From NCBI GenBank assembly GCA_963802255.1, contig CAWDHY010000002.1:83984-147983 (forward strand): DNA of 64,000 bases. Reading direction: 5' to 3'. Under the pieces are notes generated by a model that saw only the letters and a list, made by a program, of their open reading frames with translations, was not told where the DNA came from and ran no database searches. The translations under genes were made by a program, and so were the position numbers. Each line of letters starts with the position of its first letter. Positions within the stretch are counted from its first letter, which is position 1. This document shows positions 49,896-64,000 of this stretch, piece after piece. The stretch comes from Candidatus Magasanikiibacteriota bacterium (GTDB lineage: Bacteria > Patescibacteriota > Patescibacteriia > Magasanikbacterales > GWA2-37-8).

Positions 49896-51284
49896 TTACA
49901 GATCGCGGACGCAGCGGATGTAATACGATTCATACTCGATATCCCAGCACTGTTCGCTCACAGAACTGAATTCGAGGGACAGATAGCCGTCGGTGCAACT
50001 ATCCGAAGACCAGTAAAAATATTCGCAACTGCCGCCCATGGCCGGTGACCAGTAACAACCACCTGCACCAGGGCCCTCTCCCGATTCGCACGGGGGATCG
50101 TCGCAACCAGTAACGAGCTGGTACAGCTCAGAAAGAGCCGGCATCCTCCAGTCGTCATGACCACCGAGCAACAAGGTGTCGGCGCAATAGGTCTGAACAG
50201 CGGCCCAGGTGTAAGTTCCGTCAGGAGGCGTCAACTGCCACCCCAAGCCGTTCACCGAATCGATGTACATACCCGCTCCGACGGATGCGTCGTAGGGGGC
50301 TTCGTCCTCACAGGGCGCAGTCGGAACGGTGCAGTCGGCGGTGTTGGCGACGTCGTCGCCGTTAGCATCATTCGGGACGCCATCACCGTCGATATCGTCA
50401 TCCAATGCATTCGGCGTACCATCGCCGTCCATGTCGGCCGCCTGGTTAGCATCAGGCAAATCCGTTTCTTCGCCGGTCTTGCTCTCCAAGTAGTCGGCCA
50501 GATTCTGCACACAGTCAGCGATGGGATCCAGGGCGGCTTCGCCGTTTCTGAGGTACTGCTTGTATTCGGCGCTGATCACACCACTGGTCTGAAGTTGGCT
50601 TCTGATATCGTTGACAAGCTCCTGAAGCCGGGCATCGACTTCGTTGACATCGGCCGCTCTCAATTCAGCTGCCTTGCCAATGATGCAGCTGACCGCCATG
50701 ATGTACTGGTTGTCAGGGCTATCGACGCCGGTCAGATCCATTTCAGTGCCGTGTCCTACTAGGCCCCCAAGCGGGTGTTGAATGCCGAGTTCCTCGAACA
50801 AAGCGTCCTCGGACGCGGCGACCGCTTCGGCTACCACGGTGTAGGTGCCTTCGCGGAAGTCCTTTAGAGCGAGACCGGACGACATGTGAGTGAAGACGTT
50901 GAGATACGCCTCCTGCGGGTCGCCACCGATGATCTCGTAAAGAGCCCGCAGAGTGATGGGTGCGCCGGACAAACTGTCAGTGATCTCGTTGTAGTAAAAA
51001 CCTTCACCGATGAGTTCACACGGACCGGATGTCGCCGCCACCACATTGAACGCGCCAAGCTCGTCTTCGGTGGTCGTGGCGTAGTTGTCACCGGTCGGAG
51101 CACCAGCAGAGTCGAGCATGGAGACAGTCAGTGAGCTCCCCTGAATGAGGGGCCCCTTCTGCATGGCTCCGGTCAAAGTGACGGAGCCGGAATTGTTGTT
51201 GTCTCCATTTCCACCATTGTCATCATCACAGGAAACGCTCAACATGGCGAGACACGCCAACATCGCGAACAAATACTTCAACAT
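49896..51284 (-). CDS. GC-rich lipoprotein with DxDGDG repeats and C-terminal DUF1566 (Lcl/C-type lectin-like) domain
   Basis: Lipobox-like LSVSC, GLGWQ..YTWAAVQTYC..DWRMP..EL, YWSS, IRCVR; SD GAGGT. Confidence 0.85.
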   Translation of the reverse strand: MLKYLFAMLACLAMLSVSCDDDNGGNGDNNNSGSVTLTGAMQKGPLIQGSSLTVSMLDSAGAPTGDNYATTTEDELGAFNVVAATSGPCELIGEGFYYNEITDSLSGAPITLRALYEIIGGDPQEAYLNVFTHMSSGLALKDFREGTYTVVAEAVAASEDALFEELGIQHPLGGLVGHGTEMDLTGVDSPDNQYIMAVSCIIGKAAELRAADVNEVDARLQELVNDIRSQLQTSGVISAEYKQYLRNGEAALDPIADCVQNLADYLESKTGEETDLPDANQAADMDGDGTPNALDDDIDGDGVPNDANGDDVANTADCTVPTAPCEDEAPYDASVGAGMYIDSVNGLGWQLTPPDGTYTWAAVQTYCADTLLLGGHDDWRMPALSELYQLVTGCDDPPCESGEGPGAGGCYWSPAMGGSCEYFYWSSDSCTDGYLSLEFSSVSEQCWDIEYESYYIRCVRDL

Positions 51285-51396
51285 TTTTCTACCTCGCTTG
51301 CGGGTTTTTGTAACCCGTTGGTTTACCAAACTCTATGAAAAAGTTTGGTTTTTGTTTTTTGCCTCAATCTTATTATATTGTAAAGGACGAACTAGT

Positions 51397-51490
51397 TGTC
51401 ATCCTGAATAAAATGAAAAATCTGTAATCTGTGATCCCGCATTCGCGTGAATGACAAGTAAAAAGATTCTTCGCTTTGTCCAGAATGTCA
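51397..51490. repeat. Degenerate nested cluster of TGTC-tagged palindromes
   Basis: Family A (+) 51397-51423, family B (-) 51433-51456, family A (-) 51464-51490. Confidence 0.75.
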
Positions 51491-51633
51491 AGTATTTATG
51501 GAACTAATTCATCAATTCTATTAACTAACGATTGTACCAATTGTCACAATATAAAACGGATGAACTACTTATAATATACCTCTTTTATGGCTTTTGTCAA
51601 GAGTGTAACCCAATATTTCATCATATCTTAGCC

Positions 51634-51658
51634 AAAAACGCTCCGTAAATACGGAGCG
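51634..51658 (-). terminator. Intrinsic terminator after the giant gene
   Basis: CGCTCCGTA/TACGGAGCG followed by TTTTT on the minus strand. Confidence 0.75.
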
Positions 51659-51670
51659 CTAATCGATCGC

Positions 51671-51767
51671 TGGCGGTGTTTCAGCTGGAGGAGTTTCAGG
51701 AGCGGGTTCAGGTGGCGGTGTTTCAGCTGGAGGAGTTTCAGGAGCGGGTTCAGGTGGCGGTGTTTCA
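51671..51767. repeat. 42-bp tandem repeat (~2.3 copies) encoding ETPPPEPAPETPPA
   Basis: TGGCGGTGTTTCAGCTGGAGGAGTTTCAGGAGCGGGTTCAGG at 51671 and 51713, partial at 51755. Confidence 0.9.
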
Positions 51768-54700
51768 ATTACTGGTTCAACAACCGGTTCCGTTTCTTCC
51801 GGTTCAATAATTGGTTCATCGACCACCGGATCGGATGGTTCCGGATCATCTGAAGGAGAAAGAGGAGCCGTCACTCCACCATCTCCTCCAGTTGATTCCG
51901 GTATCGTTACCGGAATATCTGAACTAACTAAATCATTACTTATTTTACGTTTGGCGATCACCATCCAGTCAAACGATGCATTTGATGTACCGCCGTCTAA
52001 CTCTTTCACTTTAAAACCTTGTGCCGTCTTTTCAATCACCGCTACACCTTTTGCTTCAATGGAAGTCAAAGTAACACTGACTTTTATCGGAGCAGATTCA
52101 TCAATAATTTCCTGTGTGTCCGTGGCAAAAGTAATTATTGCTTCACCCATCTCTAAGACACCAGCTCCAGAAAGCGTAATCTCAGCCAATTCTGATGCCA
52201 TGCCATAAATATTTTTTTCACCCTGGCTGGTCGTCACTCTTGCGATAAGCAAACCATTTTCATCAATAGACCAGCTGTTATTTTTACCAATAATTTTTAA
52301 AACATTTAATATCGCATTTCCGGCTAAATCTAAAGCTCCGGTACCGGAATATGAAATAGTTCCTCCGCTCGCGCCAACACTTAAATCACCCGGATCAGTA
52401 CCAATATCAATACCTGTTTCAGCGGCAATAATCTGCACCTGTTGTTCCAGTTTTGCCGCTGCTTCTGTCTTGTTGTATACCCAACCCGTACGAATTAAGG
52501 TAATAATTTTTCCATCTGTAGAAACACCGGAATTTTCAAGCGCGATACCAATAATACCCACAACTTTTCGTGAATTGTCCACTTTTGGATCATATTTCAT
52601 CGCCTTTCCCGGTTCTGAAGCGGATACGAGCAAATCACCGCGCGATATTTCTCCATTTTCTAGAGAATATTTAACCGGCACCCGTCCAACCATTGCGAGC
52701 GGAGCTGTCTGGTCTGTTTTTCCATTGCCCACGATAATAGTTGGATTGGTTGAAATAACACCGGCCACTGTCGGCTCATAAGCAATGTTTGATTTTTGAT
52801 ATCTGTCCGCAGATGTCGGGTCTACCATCATCACATCACCGGCTTCAACTATTTCAGCCGGATTAATATCCACTTTTTCCGCCAAATCTCCAGGATTAGT
52901 GGAAGTACCAAGCACTGCGGATGCGGCATACATATTTCCGGCGCTGTGGACATCGCCATTTGCTGATACTGAAAAGACAGGATTGTTATTTGAGCGGAGA
53001 GATAAAATATAATTATCAGCCGTTGAAGTGTTAAAATTCAAAGCGTTGAAGATGAATGCGCGGGTGCCGGGGGTCGAGATGACTGAAGATTCAAAGATGG
53101 TGGAGGTAGAGAAAGAAAGCTTGTGGCCGGAAACAGCGCTCTCGGCTGTGGCCAGGAAATTAACATCACCGGTCAGATTGAGAGTATATGGTTCGGAGGC
53201 GGAACCGATGGTGAGCGACTGAGTTGAGGTAACGACATCAAAAGCCGTGTCCAGAGGTTCAATTATGTTTTGCTGGGCTTTAGCGACTTCGGTGAGGAAA
53301 CCGACATAATGGTCGTAATCTAAAGTAAGATACGGGTGCTCTTCATCACCTGATTGAGTAACTAGCTCGGGTAATACAGCTTGAACTTCCTGAGCAATCA
53401 TACCAACTTGACGCGATGTCGTCGCCGATTCATAACCCGGCTTGGAAGTGTCCCAGAAATAATATACACCGCGCAAACTCTTTAAAGCTTCGAGTACATC
53501 AAGAGAACCGGAAATGTCAGTAACATCCGTCTTAACCTCCTCGTCGGAATTTGTACAAGTAGTACCTGAGTAGAGCAAGCCGGCAGTACTAATACAAATA
53601 TAGTAGGCATTGGCTTTCTCTTTCCAATAGTATACATCGGCATTAATGTTACCAAGATAAATATCGTAAGTTGTTGATGCAACTGCATTACCCCCAATAG
53701 CAGTAGAGTATAAAGCATTTGCAGAGGTGTTATACCCAAGTGCTAAAGTATAGTTCGCGTTTGCATCAGAATCATAACCAACTGCAATAGCGTCGATTCC
53801 ATTCGCATAAGCGGCGTACCCTAACGCCAACGAATTGAGCCCCAGCGCACTGGCGCCATTACCGATCGCCGTGGCGTAGTCATCATCCACTTGAGCATCC
53901 GTACCTACTGCGGTAGCACCATTAACCTCTATACCAGTATCAACACTATACCCGATTAATACATTATTATCGGTTGAGGTTACATGGCTACCGACGCCAG
54001 TACCAATGGCAACGTTATATGCACCGCTATCATTATTTAATATTGCATCAGCACCTAAGGCGATATTGCCCGTCGCCAAGGAACCATATCTCATTGCCCT
54101 CGCTCCAATCAAAGTATTTGAAGTTCCTGTAAGTTCATAACCTGCTTCATTTCCTAGGGCGGTATTATTATTACCAGTTGTATTAGTATACAAAGCACTA
54201 TAACCAATAGCGGTGTTGGCATTGCCGACAGTAATTTGATAACCTGAGCGATAACCCAACGAATTATTTTTCTCGCCTGAACGAAGGTTCGCCATAGCAT
54301 CCATGCCAATGCCTACCGTATTCGCCATCCCAAAGTTCGTATTAGTTAACGCATTACGCCCAATTGCAATATTACCGTCAGTGGACGTGACACCGAATAG
54401 TGCCATGTAACCTATACCGATATTATTATTGCCGCTAATATTCGAAGTCAAAGAGTAGTTCCCCAATGCGACATTGTAATCACCGCTTGTATTTGCGTCC
54501 AACGTTCCATAACCTATAGCGGTGTTTTCCATTCCATTAGTGTTCGACATTAAAGCCGAGCCTCCGACAGCGGTGCTCATTAACCCCGTAGTATTATCGC
54601 GAAGCGACCAAAACCCAACAGCTGTGTTAAATAATCCGGTAGTATTAGCATTTAATGAACGATAACCAACTGCGGTATTAGAAGCGGCGGTGTTGTTCTG

Positions 54701-56799
54701 CAGGGCTTCATACCCAACTGCCACGTTGGCATAAGAAGACGTGTTGTTCAATAGAGACCTGCCCCCCAACGCTACATTATACGAACCGGTTATATTATCG
54801 CGTAAAGCGGCGCGGCCAAGGGCGGCGTTGTCAGCGCCCGTAGTATTGTAAGGCATGGTGCCATAACCGACAGCGGTATTGCTATCTCCCGTGACTGACG
54901 CTAAAGCCGCGGCTCCAAGAGCGGTATTATAATTGCCCGTAGCAGTAATCATGGCCGAAGCTCCGACGGCAGTATTTGCATTACCAGTGCTATTTAGAGA
55001 AAGCGCTTCAGAACCAAATGCGGAATTGGCGACACCGGTGGTGTTGCCGCGCATGGCTTTGTAACCGACTGCCGCGCTGGAAGTACCGGTGGTGTTGCTG
55101 TACAACGACTCATAACCGACGGCAGTGTTAGAAGCGGCAGTGTTAAACATCAACGCAGAATAACCGATGCCCACATTCCCCCAATTGGTTGTGAGTGTTG
55201 CCAACGCTCCAACACCGACTCCAACGTTTCTTGAGCCACTCGTTAAACCATATAACGAACCTATACCCACATTTTCATTGCCGCTGGTATTAAGATAAAG
55301 TGAATTATAACCAAAAGCAATATTAGAATTGCCGGTAGTATTTGCTGTTAACGCATTTGTACCGACCGCAGTATTCCAGCTCGCGGCGTATCCGGTATTG
55401 CTATACAAAGCTTTGGACCCAACAGCTACATTACCAACTCCTTCATCATTGGCGTATAATGCTTGATAACCAAGCGCGGTATTATTCATTCCTCTGCCTG
55501 ACAGCAAATTCACTTTATTATTATATAATGCTTGATAACCGACGGCGGTTGAAGAAGGACCGACTTCATTAAAAAGCGCTTGATAACCGACTGCGACATT
55601 GGCATTATGGTCAGATGAAGTGCCGATAGCCAAAGCGTTATAGCCCAAAGCAACATTAAAAGAACCATACAAATTACTATAAAGCGCATAATTTCCTAAA
55701 GCAATATTACTACTCCCTGTAATATTTTGAGGAAGCGTAGTGTCGCCTATTGCCGTATTTCCTTGCCCAGTGGTATTGGAATAAAGCGTCGTGTTACCTA
55801 TGGCAGTATTAGCTAAGCCAAGTGTATTTGAATACAATGCTGTATAACCAACTGCAGTATTGTTAAGACCAACGGTATTGGAATATAACGATCGATAACC
55901 AACTGCAACATTTCTTAAGCCCCCCATACCGCCAATTAAAGAATTAAAGCCATAATAATTATTCGCCAGAGCTTCGTAACCTATCGCCGTGTTTGAAGCC
56001 GCAGTATTTGAATACAAAGCGCCATAGCCGATAGCAACATTGGCCGGACTGCTTGTATTCGCGGTTAAAGATTTGTAACCAAAAGCGGTGTTGTAATACC
56101 CGCTTGTATTATTATATGCGGCGCTTACACCAAAAGCCGAATTACCATAACCGCTTGTATTATTCAATAAAGCTAGATAACCACTCGCGGTATTATTACC
56201 CCCAGTCATTGTTAAATTGCCGGAATTACCCACGAAATAATTATTTAGCGAGGTGGAAGCCATGGCAAAATTAACGTTGTTATATTTATAATAGGCCTCG
56301 GCCGATATATTTATACTTCCTTTTATGTCTACCTTATTAAGCGGGGTGGTGGTGCCGATGCCAACAAAGTCACCAATGCTGGTCAATCTCACCACCGAAC
56401 CGTCATCAGTCCAGCCACCAGATGTTGATATGGTAGAAGAATTTACCCAAGTCGGAGCAGCGGAAACGCCATTTGACATCAATACGTATCCAGCGGTACC
56501 CGCATCATAATTATTCCCCACTCTGATTGTACCCGTTACTGCCAAACTACCAGCGACAGATAAGTTAAACGCCGGAGTGGTGGTACCGATACCAACATTA
56601 CCACCGTTAAAATAAGAATTACCGTTGGCATTTAAATATATTTTTTCATCTGCATTACTATACATAGATAACAAACCCACTGTTGCGCCACTGGCATTTG
56701 TATGGTGGAGTTTAATAGCAATTCTATTATCATCCGTTCCGCTTAATAATATACCATCACCGCCGCTTGCCGATAAAACATGTAATTTGCTTGCTGGTG

Positions 56800-57904
56800 T
56801 GGTGGTACCAATGCCGACGTTACCGCCGTTAAAATATGACGCACCGGAACCGGCAACTTTAATATTTTCCGTGACACCTCCATATAATGATAGATAACCG
56901 ATGTTGCCGCTGGCGCCATTATAATACATTTTTGCCGCCACGTTGCTATTTCCGCTCAATAATATGCCATCGTTATCGCTGGTGACATTTACCTGTAATT
57001 TATTTGATGGAGTGGTCGTACCGATACCAACATTGCCACCAGTGAAATATGAATCACCTAAAGCGGTAATTACTGTTCTTGTAGCATTGGCCTCATATAA
57101 ATTCAGGCTACCTGCTGAGTTTACAGCGCTGGAATTTATCCAATTCAACTTGGCAACGAGTTGATCATAGCGCCCACTTAAAAAAATACCGTCATATTGC
57201 GTGTCTGTAAGAACATGTAACTTAGCTGCCGGAGTTGTCGTACCGATACCAACATTGCCACCATTAAAATATGACACACCTGAACCGGCAACTTTAACAT
57301 TTTCCGTGACGCCTCCATATAATGATAGATAACCGATATTGCCACTGGAACCATTATAATACATTTTTGCCGCCACGTTGCTATTTCCGCTCAATAATAT
57401 GCCATCGTTATCGCTAGTAACATTTACCTGTAATTTATTTGATGGGGTGGTCGTGCCGATACCAAAAACACTACTTACAAACGAACTACCTGTTGAACGC
57501 CCGGTCAATCGCACACTCTCAACACTGTTTTCAAAAACACTCATTCCACCAAATTCTAGACCGAGACCGGAATTATAGGAATTGCCTAATACAACATTCG
57601 GCGTGCCAGTTGGACTTAAAAGCACCACTCCATCACTCGCCGCTGCTTGTATCATTAATTTGTATGCCGGAGTTGTCGTACCAATACCAACATTGCCACC
57701 ATTAAAATATGACACACCTGAACCGGCAACTTTAACATTTTCTACGCCGCCTCCATATAATGATAGATAACCGATATTGCCGCTGGCGCCATTAAAATAC
57801 ATTTTTGCCGCCACATTGCTATTTCCGCTCAATAATATGCCATCGTTATCGCTGGTGACATTTACCTGTAATTTATTTGATGGAGTGGTCGTGCCGATAC
57901 CAAC
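56800..57904. repeat. Three near-identical ~230-bp modules alternating with divergent modules
   Basis: SNKLQVNVTSDNDGILLSGNSNVAAKMY... at about 56800-57032, 57232-57463 and 57670-57904. Confidence 0.9.
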
Positions 57905-60900
57905 GCTATCAGTAATTGTCGTCAATCTCACCACCGTTCCATCATCTGTCCATCCGCCGGCTGAAGCGATTCCTAAAGAAGATGTAGCGATCCAAGTAAA
58001 ATTACTGCCGTTATAGGTTAACACATTTCCAACGGCTGATGGGGCGCTACTTGAAGCCAGATCAACCGGTGCAATTGAATTATTAATTATTTCACTTGAT
58101 CCAACCGCATTAGCGGATATGGTTAAAGCACCAGTGTTGGATATTGTTGCGTCACTGCTCATAGAAACAGCGGTTGCAACACCCGAGGCATTCCCAACCC
58201 AGATATATGCAGAGGCAAGAGCCGTGCTCATTAAACCGAGTGTTGAGGTGGAAACCCATGTTGGGGCACCGGCGGCATTTGACCTTAAAATCTGGCCGGA
58301 TGTGCCAACAGCGGTCGCCATATAAGATGTACCATTGGAATATGTTACTGAACCGGCTGCACCGATAGTTGAAGAGTTGGTACCGCCGCGTACGATAGGC
58401 AGAATCCCGGATGTAATTTGGCTGGCGGCAATAGCGATAGTATTTGTAGTAATAGAAGTAACGCGACCATAAGTATCAACTGTGATGTTCGGAGTGGTGG
58501 AAACTGAACCGTATGTTGATGCAGTGACGCCGGATGTAGCAAGACCAACAGTTGTAGCTGATGAACCATTATAGGAAAAAGTGGCAATGCCAGTACCTTG
58601 CGAAAGCGTGGCGTGAGTATGTGTAGAAGTGGAAAAAGTTGTTGAAGCAACCCAGGTGAATTGCGAATCTGAATTATACGCAAGCAAAGCCTGGTACGTC
58701 GGAGCGGTATTAGTCGCAGTTTTAAGCGGGGTGACTTTGCCGATGCCGATAGTTGGATTTGGATAGGTACCGGTCAGGTCTCCACCGGCAGCACCGGAGG
58801 CGGTGATGCCAAGAGTGGTGGTGTTGACCCACGACAAACCCGAACCGGTTGTCTGTAATATCTGACCATTACTTCCGGCACTGCCATTCGTTCGTAAAGC
58901 ACCGGTTAAGTTAGTGTCACCGGAAACAGTCAGTGGGTAACCTGGGGTCGTTGTATTAACGCCAACCTTTCCTCCCATAAGCGCAATCGTGTTGACTTGA
59001 GAAATTGTCGGATTATTCGTAGTACTGACATTCACTCCAAAAGAATAATTGCCACTGACAGTAAATGAGTTGCCAATAGCAACAGAGTTATAACCACTGG
59101 AAGTGACTGATTTGCCGATGGCATATGATTCATTGGTAACGACAGAGTTTCTACCAATAGCAACGGCGCCATAACCGCCGTAACCGGAAACAGTATTTTG
59201 ATAACCGATGGCCATGGAACTTTCTGAACCAGAAGCAATAATATTATCACGGCCAAGAACGACTGAATGATCACTATTTATCGTGTTATTATAACCAAAA
59301 ACCGAAGAATAATTACTGCCAACCGTATTATTTCTTCCTGATATTATTGAATACTGTCCGGTTGATGTATTGTATGCTCCGAAAATTGCTGTATATAACG
59401 CGCCGGAATTTACATTGTTATCACCAGCAGTAAACGCGTAATTTCCGCCGGAATTAATATTGTTGGAACCGAATACGGCTGAAAAACTACCACTTGAATC
59501 ATTGTCAGAACCTGCTACAAATGACGCCTGTCCGCTTGATGTGCTGTTATTGCCAATCGCAACGCTGGACAGACCAGTTGCTCTGGCATTATTACCGATA
59601 GCCGTAGCATAACTGTTTGAAGATTGCGCCTGATAACCTATGGCAACTGAATTAAGATTTTCCGCTGACGCAAGATTGCCAATCGCGATTGAATTATTAC
59701 TATAAGAATGAGCACCTGAACCCATGGCAATAGAACTGTAGCCGGATGCTATCGGAGAAGAACCGCCAATAGCTACAGCTAAATCATTTGTCGCCGCTGC
59801 TAAACTTCCCATGGCAATCGAATTCGTTCCTGTGGCCTGACTATTTAACCCCTGGACAAAGGATCCCGGCCCTAACGAAAAAGTATAGTTGTCGCCTACT
59901 GACAACGAACCAAGCGCGTTATCCCAAACAAGGGTATTTGTAGCATCAAAAAATCCGTCTGTATAAAATTGTATTTGTCCGTTTGCTCCGGCCGGTGAAG
60001 AAGTTGTATCTGTATCAGTGTCTACAAAACCAAGAGAAGATGTGGAAGACCAAGATAATATCCCACTTCCATTATTTAGTAAGACAGTATTAACATCGCC
60101 TTGAGTATCTGGCCAAAGATAAGGTATGCTCTTAATTCTTGTAATGTCGCCATCATCATCGACCCGGAATTGTTGTGACTCGCCGACATTTAATAACCCC
60201 GTTCCTGAATACGATGTCGTACCAATATTTAAACCGGGTAATATTGCCGATTTAGTCCATGCGGAAATAAATACTGTCGGTGCCACAGAGTTATTATATA
60301 AAGCTAAAAAGCCTGAGTGGTTACTGCCTATATTATAATGACCTAAAAATGTTGTTGGAGTTCCTCCCCCGGCAATAGATATTCCATCAAACAATCCGGC
60401 GCCAACAGTAGAATCAATAGTAAGTTTTGTTACAGGCGATGTAGTGTTAATTCCTACATTACCACCCATGAGAGCAATAATATTATTACCGGAAATTGTT
60501 GCCGGCGCTGTACTCGTGGCGTTAATGCCAAAAGAATAATTTCCACTAACTGTCATGTCATAACCAAAAGCTACAGAGCCGATTCCACTCACTGTATTAT
60601 TGTATCCGCCACCTATAAACGAGCCCCCGTTCGCACCACTAATATCATTGTAAGTTCCACCTCCAATAAACGAATTGGCCGCAAAGCCGCCGGTTGTATT
60701 AAATTGCCCGCCACCAATAAACGAATAATTCCCGGTTGCCGAATTTGAGTAGCCACCACCGATAAAACTATGATGGCTATCTATATTGTTGCTCTCGCCG
60801 GTGATAAAAGAATTTGAACCGCTATATGTATTGTTATAAATATTATTTGAGCTGCCAAAAACTCCGCTATTTTGTCCCGCGATGGTATTGTTGTAACCAA

Positions 60901-61212
60901 AAACATGAGAATAATCTGCCGTGACGGTATTGCTACCGCCCAAAGCGCTGGAATATGTTGAGGTGACATTGTTGAATCCACCGGCAACTAATACTGACTG
61001 CGCGGAATCAGTTAGATGATTGTTTGAACCAAAAACCGCGTTATATTGAGCGCTGGGGCTTAACAGTGAAGAACCAATGGTATTACCAAGACCTGTGATG
61101 ATTGAATAATATGCAGATGAAGTGTTCACCGCTCCGAACACCGCATTACCGGAACCGGCATCTTTATTTGATTCACCAGCAATAAAAGATGTGTAACCTG
61201 ATGCTAAATTAT

Positions 61213-63051
<1,839 letters not shown>

Positions 63052-63220
63052 AACAAATTCAAAAACCTTGGCTTTTTTGTATCCCTTTTCTCGTTAAAAA
63101 ATATATTACTTGCTCACATATATATTATACTCTCTTTTAGCATAAATTATTAGTAAAAAGTGCGAAGTTATCCACAATTTGAATAATGGGCCCCTACACA
63201 AAAATATTACAATTTTTTAT

Positions 63221-63301
63221 ATAAAAAAACCCGCCAGAGGTTGGTGAAACATGGCGGGTAAACGAATGAATCTAGATTAAGGAGCGGGATTTGAGGCAGG
63301 G
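63221..63301 (-). repeat. Conserved 3' non-coding element with terminator, copy 2
   Basis: Closely similar to 49777-49855; abuts the stop codon of the second DUF1566 gene. Confidence 0.85.
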
Positions 63302-64000
63302 TTAAAGCATGGTGCGGACGCAGCGGATCGACGCCGATGCGACAGCATCGGCCTCATCTGTCCATACCGGGTAACCACCGTTGAAGGTGACAAGCCAAAT
63401 GTAGCCTGTGGTCGTTGACGAAGACCAGTTGCCTCCGGTGCATGTGCCGCTCAGAACCGGATTGAAGTAGCAGCCACCTGGTCCGGGGCCGTCAAATAGC
63501 GTGCAATGCGTACAAGCGCTGTCGCAAGTTGTTTCCAGACAAGCGTCACTCACTTCGCAGGCGCCATCCGGCACTTCGTTATCCGGACAACCACTGATGA
63601 TGGTCCGGTATTCCCAGACACTCGGCAAACGCCAATCGTCATAGCCGCCGAAATCGAGGTCTTCACAGAATGTCTGCGCATCTTCCCAGTTGTATGAACT
63701 GGCTGGCGGCTGAACCTGCCAGGCCAATCCATTCGCGTAGTCGAAGAACATGCCGGCACCGACACTGTTGTCGTAAGGCGACTCGTCCTCGCATGGGGCG
63801 GTGGGAACAGTACAGTCGGCAGTGTTGAGTACTCCGTCGCCGTTGTCGTCGTTTGGCACGCCATCGCCGTCAATGTCGTCATCGTAGGCGTTGACGAACC
63901 CGTCACCATCGTTGTCCGCCGCCTGATTGGCATCGGGCAGATCGGGGGCGTATCCCATCTTGGATTCAAGATAATCCTGGAGGTTGGACACACAGTCTTC
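63302..64000 (-). CDS. Second GC-rich DUF1566-domain protein, paralogue of 49896-51284 (5' end outside window)
   Basis: Shared DLPDANQAAD..TADCTVPTAPCEDE.PYD.SVGAGM stalk; GLAWQ..WEDAQTFC..DWRLP..IRCVR. Confidence 0.88.
   Translation of the reverse strand, partial: EDCVSNLQDYLESKMGYAPDLPDANQAADNDGDGFVNAYDDDIDGDGVPNDDNGDGVLNTADCTVPTAPCEDESPYDNSVGAGMFFDYANGLAWQVQPPASSYNWEDAQTFCEDLDFGGYDDWRLPSVWEYRTIISGCPDNEVPDGACEVSDACLETTCDSACTHCTLFDGPGPGGCYFNPVLSGTCTGGNWSSSTTTGYIWLVTFNGGYPVWTDEADAVASASIRCVRTML

Noticed and set aside
51330-51658. CRISPR or other regular array in the largest intergenic region
   Set aside because: No regularly spaced direct repeats and no cas genes; only degenerate palindromes.

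Overview
Chromosomal segment of an AT-rich, compact bacterium. Gene content and style suggest Patescibacteria/CPR (Parcubacteria-like): short AspRS, UvrA and UvrC, split ComEC, SD-less AT-rich starts and giant surface proteins, with TGA read as stop. This taxonomy is inference. The backbone is housekeeping: scpAB, aspS, gap, tsf, rpsB, rpmE, rel, prfA, prmC, rplY, uvrABC, groESL, yidC, nusA, comEC and leuS. No rRNA, tRNA, CRISPR array, integrase or reverse transcriptase was recognised. The main unexplained structure is a family of TGTC-tagged palindromic repeats. An inverted pair exactly brackets a 96-aa GIY-YIG nuclease gene between uvrB and uvrA (33752-34124). Nuclease-less copies sit in-frame inside uvrB and twice inside leuS, and nested in an intergenic region, suggesting a REP/MITE-like mobile system served by a GIY-YIG nuclease. 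Also notable: two GC-rich DUF1566-type paralogues sharing an ~80-bp 3' non-coding element and flanking an ~11.4-kb fibre gene with two different autocleaving chaperone-like domains; a divergent alarmone-synthetase-like gene beside rel; several self-contained promoter-SD-ORF-terminator cassettes; a variant CIRCE; a candidate rpsB leader; and three frameshifted genes that may be sequencing errors.
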